Origin: Nitrospirota bacterium
GTDB lineage: Bacteria; Nitrospirota; Thermodesulfovibrionia; UBA6902; DSMQ01
Reading direction: 5' to 3'
Length of the DNA: 55,196 nucleotides
NCBI GenBank assembly: GCA_016208855.1
Contig: JACQXF010000057.1
Coordinates: 1-55,196 of the forward strand
Below, one piece after another: positions 34,777 to 42,173 of this stretch. Position 1 is the stretch's first letter; every line of letters starts with the position of its first letter. The position numbers and the translations under genes are program-made. The notes under the pieces are model-generated. The model was not told where the DNA came from, did not search any database, and saw only the letters and a program-made list of their open reading frames with translations.

Positions 34777-36411
34777 TTAGGTAGATGAATTTACTTTAGC
34801 ATTATCCATTCGAGTTAGTAGATACGAAACTAAACTTAAAATATTTAAACAATCCAGTTCAGTAAACAAAGCAGGAACATTGGTGTCTATTGGTCTGTGC
34901 GATATCGGATTCCTAAAACCAGTCACTACTCCTCTGGATAAATGTCCTTGACCTTCTTGAATATTTATTAGAGATTCCGTGTTCAAATCATTCAATTGTA
35001 TTTCGGGGGGAGAATTAAAGGGTTTGCTTCCAAATATGCGATTGACTAAATCACTTCCATCCTCGCTTCTACCCGTTATATTTCGAATTATTTCACAATA
35101 TATCTGAACCCCTTGACTTGCAGCATCCCCATACTGTTTGTTCGTGTAATATGCTTTAATTCTTTCTCTTATACTATTATGCAAGTGTCTCCAATGTAGA
35201 AGAGGATATTCAGGAATGATGTTATGAAGTGCTTTAATTACAGGAGTGTATTTTTCGAGAGCATCCTCTCCTCCCAATGTTTCGATAATCTGTTTGGCAT
35301 TTTCCTTTACATCATCCGGTAAACTGTTTACCCATTTTTCCGCATCAATGCCTGTCGTTTCTTTTAAATCATTAGTCTTTTTTTCTTTTCTTTTCTTTCT
35401 CCAATCGGCGTTAATTTGTGAAACTATTCCAGAAAGAAAATTTCTAAGTTTTTCCATTTCGGGGTGTTCCCAATCTATGGATTGGCGATTTGTCGAAATA
35501 ACATCTTCATCTAAAAGGTCTATAAAATCTACGCTTATCCACCCGGTAAGATATTGGTAAAAGTGACTTGATGTACTGGTTGAGAAAAATTCAGGCGCAT
35601 TAACAAGCTTTCCTCTTGAAAAAAGGGTTACCCCTCTAAGACCGGAAGAAGGCACTATGGGTTTTTCAGAAGTCAATAGTTGTCCAATAATTTTCCCGGC
35701 ATATCCAGATTCGACTGGAACCAGAAGAGGAGATTCAAGGTTCCATTCAAATTCTTTTGTAAGTAAGCCGTATTTTCTTTTATTATCTATCGAAATTCTG
35801 TCTCCCGAAGGTGATTCGAGTAGCAAATTAAAAGTCTCATCAAAAATGAATATTCGCGATAAACTATCAGCTAATCCCATAAAATCAAAAGGCGTTTTTC
35901 TTTTTAAGCCTGTCATCGTAATAACTGTACCGTCGGAATCCTCTGTGACTGTATTTATAATAGTCGCTCTTGGCCTATAACTGCCTTTCGCTGCCATTAA
36001 ATCATCCCAGTCCAAAACAAATTCATTTAGTTTCCCTGCCTGCCTAGTTAAAACAGTAACGGTCTTTGCTAATCCAAATAGGGCAAGTTTTCCGAGTCCT
36101 TTTTTCCCTGTAGGAAAACGTTTATATTTGTTAGAAGGCGTATCGCCTTCATCATTACGTCTATTGCGACCAATCACAAGAAATTTATTGCTGATTTCAT
36201 CACGTGACAGCCCTATACCGTCATCCTCAATCTTTATTTCTTTTGGGTTTCCATTTGCTTCAATTAAGGTAACGGTAACATTTGTTGCATCGGCATCATA
36301 GGAATTGGAAATAATTTCAGCCAATGCGGGTGCAAGCGTGGAATACATTCGTAATCCAAGGTGCTTGATTGTTTGGGGGTCAAACCGCATCTCAAATGGT
36401 GATTGACTCAT
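34777..36411 (-). CDS. GHKL (HATPase_c_3, MutL/MORC-like) ATPase fused to a C-terminal HEPN domain of the Ymh/TIGR02391 type
   Basis: N box ALAEIISNSYDADA, G1 IEDDGIGL, G2 GKKGLGKLALFG. C-terminus ...NIQEGQGHLSRGVVTGFRNPISHRP...LSLVSYLLTRMD, with the Rx4H dyad encoded at 34897..34914. Confidence 0.8.
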   Translation of the reverse strand: MSQSPFEMRFDPQTIKHLGLRMYSTLAPALAEIISNSYDADATNVTVTLIEANGNPKEIKIEDDGIGLSRDEISNKFLVIGRNRRNDEGDTPSNKYKRFPTGKKGLGKLALFGLAKTVTVLTRQAGKLNEFVLDWDDLMAAKGSYRPRATIINTVTEDSDGTVITMTGLKRKTPFDFMGLADSLSRIFIFDETFNLLLESPSGDRISIDNKRKYGLLTKEFEWNLESPLLVPVESGYAGKIIGQLLTSEKPIVPSSGLRGVTLFSRGKLVNAPEFFSTSTSSHFYQYLTGWISVDFIDLLDEDVISTNRQSIDWEHPEMEKLRNFLSGIVSQINADWRKKRKEKKTNDLKETTGIDAEKWVNSLPDDVKENAKQIIETLGGEDALEKYTPVIKALHNIIPEYPLLHWRHLHNSIRERIKAYYTNKQYGDAASQGVQIYCEIIRNITGRSEDGSDLVNRIFGSKPFNSPPEIQLNDLNTESLINIQEGQGHLSRGVVTGFRNPISHRPIDTNVPALFTELDCLNILSLVSYLLTRMDNAKVNSST

Positions 36412-36534
36412 TTTACACCTCCTTAAAATCTATTCCTGCATCATGCATTATTTCTTCTTTTACTTCCCATTACCTTCTTTACTTCCCTATCAAAATCGCT
36501 CTAAAACGCCACGTCCTGAACTACCCTGAATTTA

Positions 36535-37410
36535 TTATTCCTCTTCCGATTTACCAATTAATCCTTTTGCATCTTTTTCTTCCAGTTCCAGTTTAGGAGA
36601 TGCGCTCTTTACCCTTTTCTCGATAAGCTTTATATGTTCAGCAGGGGGAAGCTGTTCAGGCAGTGTGCCGCCTATACGTTTAATAGCGTCTCTAACTTCT
36701 TTACCGACGTTTTCGTGTGTCCTGATTGCTGCTTGCTGATCTTTTATATTATCTTTTGCTAATTTATCCCGCGTCTGAGTCATGCGGAACTGGTTCGCAG
36801 CTAACTCAGTTGTATCCATGCGGTCCATGAGGTTTTCTTTTTCGGGTATCCTTTTATGTTTCTTTATCTCGTCCCTGCCAAGTCCTCCATACATGCCCTT
36901 ATATCCTGCATCATGAAAAACGCCGAACATTTTATCATGAACACCAGACTGGCGGGCAGCGCCTGATAAAGCTTTAAATTCCTCGGCTGTCTGTTCCCTG
37001 AGTTCCAAACGCTCTACATCAGCAGCAATGGTATCTGATATTTCCTGTCTGCGAGCTTGGATAGCAAAATACTTCTGAGCATTGGCAATTTCCGGCTTGC
37101 GCGGATCGCCATTCTGTGCTATAAGATAACAGGCAAACCGTGACAGATGATAGTCCGTTACTTCTCGAGAGCTTCCCGACCCAATATCAACCATTTTGCC
37201 GACGTCGGCAAAATGGTTTGCAGGGATATTTCCTGATTGTTTGCAAGAGGTTAAAGCCCTTTTGATTGCATCTTCAAAGCGTCTCCATTGTGTATATCCC
37301 AAGAGGGGCTGAATTTCCCGTGCGCTCCAATATTCTGCGCCATATTCATTAAGTTTCTTCAGATCTTCAAAAGACTTGCTTCCCATTGGCACCAAACTTT
37401 TATCTGACAT
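36535..37410 (-). CDS. dinD: DNA-damage-inducible protein D homologue
   Basis: Collinear with E. coli DinD as I recall it (...GAEYWSAREIQPLLGY...SRFACYLIAQNGDPRKPEIA.AQKYFAIQ.RRQE...HGYKGMYGGL...STELAAN.FR.TQT...). Confidence 0.85.
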   Translation of the reverse strand: MSDKSLVPMGSKSFEDLKKLNEYGAEYWSAREIQPLLGYTQWRRFEDAIKRALTSCKQSGNIPANHFADVGKMVDIGSGSSREVTDYHLSRFACYLIAQNGDPRKPEIANAQKYFAIQARRQEISDTIAADVERLELREQTAEEFKALSGAARQSGVHDKMFGVFHDAGYKGMYGGLGRDEIKKHKRIPEKENLMDRMDTTELAANQFRMTQTRDKLAKDNIKDQQAAIRTHENVGKEVRDAIKRIGGTLPEQLPPAEHIKLIEKRVKSASPKLELEEKDAKGLIGKSEEE

Positions 37411-37433
37411 GTCCCCTCCTAAAATAAGGTATC

Positions 37434-37463
37434 ATTATATGCCCACATTTCATATCGTCTTAA
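37434..37463 (-). promoter_or_regulatory. Possible promoter for the dinD island
   Basis: Minus strand: TTAAGA (37458..37463) - 18 nt - TATAAT (37434..37439), then a GGAGGGG RBS before ATG 37410. No LexA box seen. Confidence 0.3.
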
Positions 37464-37520
37464 AATCCACCCCTGCATCCCGCATTTGCAATACGGGGTT
37501 TGTCTTCAACCCGAAAAAAA

Positions 37521-38276
37521 TCACTTCCTATACCCATGCTTAAAGTCCTTATCATATAATCTTGATTCTTTGCCGAGGGATGCCGCTGAAGCCTTAAGAG
37601 AATCTCCAATATAAATCAGCGCAGTCTTTTTAATGCCCGCTTCTTTAACAAGCGTATCAATATCCTTAAGCGCTCCGCGAACGATTCTCTGCTCAGGCCA
37701 TGTTGCTTCCTCAATAACTACGACAGGCGTGTCTTCCGGATAACCATCTAAAAGCTCTTTCTTTACCTTTTCAATCATCCCTACGCTAAGAAATATAATT
37801 AGCGTTGCCTTATGCTTTGCCAGTGCGCTTAGCTTTTCTGTTTCAGGCACAGGAGTCCGTCCTTCAATTCGTGTAAATATAACTGTCTGGCTGATTTCCG
37901 GTATGGTAAGCTCTTGCCCGAGTATGGCGGCCCCTGCCATTGCTGATGAAACTCCGGGGATTACTTCATATTCAATATTCAACTCCCTGAGCCTCTCTAT
38001 CTGTTCTGAGATGGCGCTGTAAAAAGAGGTGTCTCCTGTATGAAGCCTGACAACCACTCTGCCTCTGTCTACTGAATCTCTGATAATATCAATTATTTCC
38101 TCAAGGGCCATTTTTGATGAATCATATATATTCGCACTTAGGCCCTTCAGAAGTTCAGGATTTACAAGGCTTCCTGCGTATATAACCACATCCGCCTTAT
38201 CAAGCATTTTTCTGCCTTTTACAGTTATCAATTCAGGGTCTCCTGGACCTGCGCCTATAAAATAAACCTTTCTCAT
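37521..38276 (-). CDS. cbiF: Cobalt-precorrin-4 C11-methyltransferase
   Basis: MRKVYFIGAGPGDPELITVKG...LHTGDTSFYSA...IPGVSS. No repeat inserts. Confidence 0.9.
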   Translation of the reverse strand: MRKVYFIGAGPGDPELITVKGRKMLDKADVVIYAGSLVNPELLKGLSANIYDSSKMALEEIIDIIRDSVDRGRVVVRLHTGDTSFYSAISEQIERLRELNIEYEVIPGVSSAMAGAAILGQELTIPEISQTVIFTRIEGRTPVPETEKLSALAKHKATLIIFLSVGMIEKVKKELLDGYPEDTPVVVIEEATWPEQRIVRGALKDIDTLVKEAGIKKTALIYIGDSLKASAASLGKESRLYDKDFKHGYRK

Positions 38277-38977
38277 TTCCTTATTATTACCAGTGAAAAA
38301 TAATTCAGGTCTTCATCCCTTACATCATCAAGGTTTTTAAAAATCTTCTCCTCCTCCATGCCTGCCCTTGATATATATACCGACTTATCAATGAGTGCAA
38401 GTTCCCTGAGTGCAGAGCGTATCTTGTCAAACACCCTGTGCACTTTCATAAGAACGACTGTATCAAACTCTCTCAGCGTATCTTTTACATCTTCAATATA
38501 TGTGGCAGGAAGTATCGCAATCTTTTCATCTGCAAGGCCCAGAGATACCCCTGCCGCCCCTGCAGAGGCGTTAATTGACGATATCCCCGGTATAAAAACT
38601 ATCTTCGGGCATGGAGATGCCTTTATAAGTCTCTCATGCACATAAAAGAAGGTGCTGTAAATAGTAGGGTCTCCGATTGTAAGAAAGGCAACATCAATTC
38701 CGTTTTTTAATTTATTTAAAATTGCATTTGCCGCCTTTTCTTTAATGCCTCTTTTCAGACGTTCAATATTGGTGGTAAATAAATCATCGCCGACAATCAA
38801 TATTTTAGAATTTAAAATTTGTCTCTGGGATAGACTTTGAACGGCTTTATTTGTTCGTAAAATGAAACAGGATGTTTCATTGAACAAATACCTCGCAGTC
38901 AAACAGGATGTTTGACGAGAATGAGTGAAAAGGATATCCCCTGCTGTGTCTTTATCCTTCATTGTCTTTCCCCGCAT
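38273..38977 (-). CDS. cbiL: Cobalt-factor II (precorrin-2) C20-methyltransferase with a divergent N-terminus
   Basis: Core ...DVAFLTIGDPTIYSTF...IPGISSINASA...LMKV... is CbiL-like. The N-terminal G-loop is degenerate (DTAGDILFT instead of GxGPGDPxLLT). Alternative start at ATG 38962. Confidence 0.75.
   Translation of the reverse strand: MRGKTMKDKDTAGDILFTHSRQTSCLTARYLFNETSCFILRTNKAVQSLSQRQILNSKILIVGDDLFTTNIERLKRGIKEKAANAILNKLKNGIDVAFLTIGDPTIYSTFFYVHERLIKASPCPKIVFIPGISSINASAGAAGVSLGLADEKIAILPATYIEDVKDTLREFDTVVLMKVHRVFDKIRSALRELALIDKSVYISRAGMEEEKIFKNLDDVRDEDLNYFSLVIIRK
38861..38916. repeat. Twin hairpins sharing the 13-nt repeat aaacaggatgttt, inside the cbiL 5' region
   Basis: aatgaaac-aggat-gtttcatt (38861..38881) and gtcaaac-aggat-gtttgac (38898..38916). 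Confidence 0.7.
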
Positions 38978-40251
38978 ACTATGAACACAGGATTTAAGGC
39001 GCTGAGATGCCTCTTGCCTCCGATAGTCTTTGACCGCGATATTGAGACCTCTGTAATCTCAACGCTAAACCCTCTGTCTTCAAGGCATCGTACTGCCTCG
39101 TTTAAAGTCTCAATGGTTGCAGCATTTACTACAACAATCCCTGAAGTCATTTTTTCTTTAACTACATCAAGAATCTCATTGAGCCTCCCCCCGCTTCCTC
39201 CTATGAAAACCCTGTCTGGCTGAGGAAGCTCAGAAAGCGCCTCAGGCGCTTCGCCTTCTATAATTTTTATAGCAGCAATATTAAATCTATCTTTATTTTT
39301 TTTGATGTTTTCAATCTGCTCTTTATTCTTCTCTACGGCAAAGGCCTTTAGCCCGCGGCACAACCTGACTGCCTCTATGGATACAGAGCCTGAGCCTGAG
39401 CCTATGTCCCAAAAGACGCCGCCTTCCGGGAGCCTTAACTTATGAATAGTTATTGCCCTTGCTTCGTCTTTGGTTATCAACCCTCTTGAATGCGATATCT
39501 CATTTTCCTTTAACCCAAATCCTATTTTTAACCCCTGATCCCCAATCCCTAACCCCTGTATTATCACCAAATTCGGCTGTTGAAAAGACATCTTAGCAAT
39601 CTCCTCTGGCGCGCCCTCTGTAATTTTCTCATCAGGATATCCTAACTTTTCGCATACATATACCATCAGTGACGAGTGACGAGTAACAAGCGACGAGCTA
39701 AGGACTTTTGCTATGGCTGATGGATTATTTTCTTTATCAGTAAGAATAGAAATTTTATTATGCCTCTGAAGCAATGCAGGAATATCTTCTATCTCATACT
39801 CAAGCCGCCTTCTCTTTTTGGGATCAGGGCCTCCATGAAGGCTTATAAACAGAGCATCAGACCATACCTCTTTTATTCTTGAGAACGCTGTCTGTGCGCT
39901 TGAGAGATCAGGCAGTATTTCTACTTTGTCCTTTCCAAATTCCTTTATTGCCCTTCTTCCAATCCCAAAAAATAGGGGATCGCCAGAAGCCAATAGAACA
40001 ATTCTTACACACCCCTGCACCCCTCTTTTTAGAGGGGAATGATTTGAAATTTGGGATTTAATGAAATCTATCGTATCATCCACATTATTTATCACCTTAA
40101 CCTTATCCTTAACTTTTTCAAACTCATTGTATCCCTCAAACACCTCCATAAGCCTGTTGTTCGCAAGGATAACATGAGAATTCAATACAATCTCCCTTGC
40201 CCTCTCATCAAGAGGCCTGAAGCCAACGCCTATAACATAGAGTTTACTCAC
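38959..40251 (-). CDS. cbiET: CbiE-CbiT fusion (cobalt-precorrin-6/7 C5,C15-methyltransferase, decarboxylating; CobL-like)
   Basis: N-terminal CbiE (SKLYVIGVG...LASGDPLFFG) and C-terminal CbiT SAM-MTase (VFWDIGSGSGSVSIEA). GTG start at 40251. Three repeat inserts. Confidence 0.85.
   Translation of the reverse strand: MSKLYVIGVGFRPLDERAREIVLNSHVILANNRLMEVFEGYNEFEKVKDKVKVINNVDDTIDFIKSQISNHSPLKRGVQGCVRIVLLASGDPLFFGIGRRAIKEFGKDKVEILPDLSSAQTAFSRIKEVWSDALFISLHGGPDPKKRRRLEYEIEDIPALLQRHNKISILTDKENNPSAIAKVLSSSLVTRHSSLMVYVCEKLGYPDEKITEGAPEEIAKMSFQQPNLVIIQGLGIGDQGLKIGFGLKENEISHSRGLITKDEARAITIHKLRLPEGGVFWDIGSGSGSVSIEAVRLCRGLKAFAVEKNKEQIENIKKNKDRFNIAAIKIIEGEAPEALSELPQPDRVFIGGSGGRLNEILDVVKEKMTSGIVVVNAATIETLNEAVRCLEDRGFSVEITEVSISRSKTIGGKRHLSALNPVFIVCGERQ
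39529..39558. repeat. Hep-3 solo arm (C-rich on +) in frame in cbiET
   Basis: taacccctgatccccaatccctaacccctg. Peptide QGLGIGDQGLK. Confidence 0.75.
39667..39697. repeat. Hep-2 solo arm in frame in cbiET
   Basis: cagtgacgagtgacgagtaacaagcgacgag. Peptide SSSLVTRHSSLM. Confidence 0.8.
40007..40037. repeat. C4/G4 palindromic core (acacacccctgcacccctctttttagagggg) in frame in cbiET
   Basis: Same sequence as 42036..42066. Peptide SPLKRGVQGCV. Confidence 0.75.
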
Positions 40252-40358
40252 TGCCTGCGATTACCTCGCCTTCATAAGATATAAGATAGACAATAACAGG
40301 AGCCCCTGCTGTTATTGTCTCTGCATAGTTTTTAGCTGCATTACAAACCGCTCTGAAA

Positions 40359-40393
40359 AGTTTTGAGTTTTGAGTTTTGAGTTTTGAGTTAAC
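40359..40393. repeat. Tandem heptamers gttttga x4 in frame in cbiD
   Basis: Peptide NSKLKTQNSKLF. Related array at 49611..49652. Confidence 0.75.
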
Positions 40394-40429
40394 AAAGTCA
40401 AATATTTCCCTTGCTGTATTGAATTCTTT

Positions 40430-40463
40430 CCCCAATCCCCAATCCCCAATCCCCAACCCCTCC
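40430..40463. repeat. Hep-3 solo arm (ccccaat x3) in frame in cbiD
   Basis: Peptide EGLGIGDWGLGK. Confidence 0.8.
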
Positions 40464-40896
40464 AAAAACTCTGCCGCCTTCTTTACATCAATTGCTCCGT
40501 GCCGTACATGAGTCTGCGGGGTTGACATGGCAATTTTTAGCATCTTTGCCCATTGAGCGCATAGATGTATCTTCTCAAACCCGTGTTTTTTAGCCTCCTG
40601 CAAAGAAAACTCCAGATAATCGCCCATCATGACATAAGACTCTTCAGGAAGATGAAACCTCTCCATGTGGGCCCTCTCAGATGTCCTTCCTGCAGAAAGA
40701 ACAATCTCTTTATGTCCCATTGCCTTTGCCACATCCATAGATGATGTAATAGTGGCTGTCCATGCCTCTGTGGATATCGGCCTAACAATGCCTGTTGTGC
40801 CGAGTATGGATATGCCTCCGATTATGCCTAATCTTGGATTAAGGGTTTTTTGGGCCAATTCTTCTCCCTCGGTGACAGAGATGGTTATTTCAACGG

Positions 40897-40970
40897 CAGA
40901 ACTCAGAGCCCAGAGCCCAGAGCCCAGATTGTTTTTGTCTGTGTTCTGTGTTCTGTGTTCTGTGTTCTCC
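40897..40970. repeat. Hep-1 bipartite element in frame in cbiD
   Basis: cagaactcagagcccagagcccagagcccagat / tgttttt / gtctgtgttctgtgttctgtgttctgtgttctcc. Peptide ENTEHRTQNTDKNNLGSGLWALSS. Confidence 0.85.
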
Positions 40971-41100
40971 TTAATTGCTTCCCTCACCGCTTCCTCTATC
41001 ATCCTTCGCGGCACAGGATTTATGGCTGCCTCTCCAATCGGCATCGGAAGTCCAGGCTTTGTGACAACACCGACCCCTTTACCGCCTTTGATAATTAATC

Positions 41101-41122
41101 CTGTCGCACTGTCGCACTGTGG
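41101..41122. repeat. 8-bp tandem duplication (gtcgcact x2) at the cbiD frameshift site
   Basis: ctgtcgcactgtcgcactgtgg. Confidence 0.8.
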
Positions 41123-41195
41123 CGCTAATCTTTGCCCTATTAGTTACATCCGGATCATCCCCTGCGTCTTTTATCACAGAGGCATAAGCTGTTTT

Positions 41196-41232
41196 ATCCT
41201 GAGTCCTGTATCCTGAATCCTGTATCCTGAAT
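41196..41232. repeat. Tandem atcctga/gtcctgt-type heptamers in frame in cbiD
   Basis: atcctgagtcctgtatcctgaatcctgtatcctgaat. Peptide FRIQDSGYRTQDK. Confidence 0.7.
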
Positions 41233-41269
41233 TTATGCCTGCTGCCATCAGGAAAAGGAATCTCTACCT

Positions 41270-41375
41270 CAGAACTCAGAGCCCACAGCCCAGAGCCCAG
41301 ACTTTCACCCCCTCCCTTACCCTCCCCCCTCGAGGGGGAGGGGTGGGTGAGGGGGCTGTGTTCTATGTTCTTAAG
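41270..41375. repeat. Composite element: Hep-1 arms around a C/G-rich palindromic core, in frame in cbiD
   Basis: cagaactcagagcccacagcccagagcccagac + caccccctcccttaccctcccccctcgagggggaggggtgggtgaggggg + ctgtgttctatgttc. Confidence 0.8.
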
Positions 41376-41450
41376 CAAAAGCGTCACCGCTGCCTTTGCC
41401 GCCGCAGCAGCGCAAGCTCCTGTTGTATATCCTGAGCGTAGTCTCTTTTT

Positions 41451-41486
41451 GTCTGTGTTCCGTGTTCTGTGTTCTGCGTTCTGCAT
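41451..41486. repeat. Hep-1 solo arm that supplies the cbiD start codon and first 11 codons
   Basis: gtctgtgttccgtgttctgtgttctgcgttctgcat. Peptide MQNAEHRTRNTD. Confidence 0.8.
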
Positions 41487-41487
41487 T

Positions 41488-42006
41488 TTAATGCTCTATT
41501 CCCCTTCGCGCCTTTACGCCTCTTTTAAAATAATGTTTTATCTCTTTCATCTCTGTTACAAGGTCTGCCTTTGCAATAACATCCTCATGAGCATACCTGC
41601 CGGTAAGAACCAGTTCTATGTAAGCGGGCTTCTCATCCATCAGGGTAAGCAGCTCTTTAACGTCTAACAATTTTTTATGTACTGCAATATTTATTTCATC
41701 TAAAATTATCACAGAGTATTCAGAAGATGTGAGCGCCTTTTTTACATCTTTAAGGCCTTTTTGTGCAGCCTTAATTTCGTCTATAGCAGGCTCTTGCCCT
41801 CTAATGAACCCTGTGCCGTACTGTTTTATGGTAATCAAATCGTTAAACCTCTCCAGCGCCTTATGCTCGCTGCATCGCCTCTTTTTTATAAACTGGGCAA
41901 TGAACACCTTAAGCCCCGCCCCTGCAGCCCTTAGCGCCAGACCAAGCGCTGCCGTGGTTTTGCCCTTGCTGTTTCCTGTATAGACTTGTATGTACCCCTT
42001 TTTCAT
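41488..42006 (-). CDS. cobO: Cob(I)yrinic acid a,c-diamide adenosyltransferase (CobO/BtuR type)
   Basis: MKKGYIQVYTGNSKGKTTAALGLALRAAGAG.KV...QF.K. 172 aa. Confidence 0.9.
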   Translation of the reverse strand: MKKGYIQVYTGNSKGKTTAALGLALRAAGAGLKVFIAQFIKKRRCSEHKALERFNDLITIKQYGTGFIRGQEPAIDEIKAAQKGLKDVKKALTSSEYSVIILDEINIAVHKKLLDVKELLTLMDEKPAYIELVLTGRYAHEDVIAKADLVTEMKEIKHYFKRGVKARRGIEH

Positions 42007-42035
42007 ATTGCCTTTGGTACAAAAATACTTTTATA

Positions 42036-42120
42036 ACACACCCCTGCACCCCTCTTTTTAGAGGGGACTTCTGGAGCCTTCTTTATTTCCCATCTATCAA
42101 GAGGGGATTAAGGGGTGTGT
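42036..42120. repeat. Inverted-repeat element of the C4/G4 core family (intergenic cbiO-cobO)
   Basis: acacacccctgcacccctctttttagagggg ... caagaggggattaaggggtgtgt. Confidence 0.75.
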
Positions 42121-42173
42121 ATTTTCATTCCCCTTTGCGCCCCAAAAGGGCATGTGTTTTACCATCTTCCATC

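Larger units (their letters stand above)
40244..41486 (-). pseudogene. cbiD: Cobalt-precorrin-5B C1-methyltransferase, split by a frameshift near 41098..41122
   Basis: ORF 41079..41486 carries the N-terminus (LRSGYTTGACAAAAAKAA...KDAGDDPDVT). The +1 frame, open from ~41133, continues GLIIKGGKGVGVVTKPGLPMPIGEAAINPVPR... into ORF 40244..41044 (...LGIIGGISILGTTGIVRPIS...). The frames switch within cagtgcgacagtgcgacag. Confidence 0.8.

Noticed and set aside
37411-37520. LexA (SOS) box upstream of dinD
   Set aside because: I looked for CTGT-N8-ACAG-like palindromes and found none. Only a weak sigma70-like promoter is reported.
41079-41135. Programmed +1 ribosomal frameshift in cbiD
   Set aside because: There is no recognisable slippery or hungry-codon context of the prfB type and no upstream SD-like stimulator. 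A mutation or a consensus error at the 8-bp duplication is more parsimonious.
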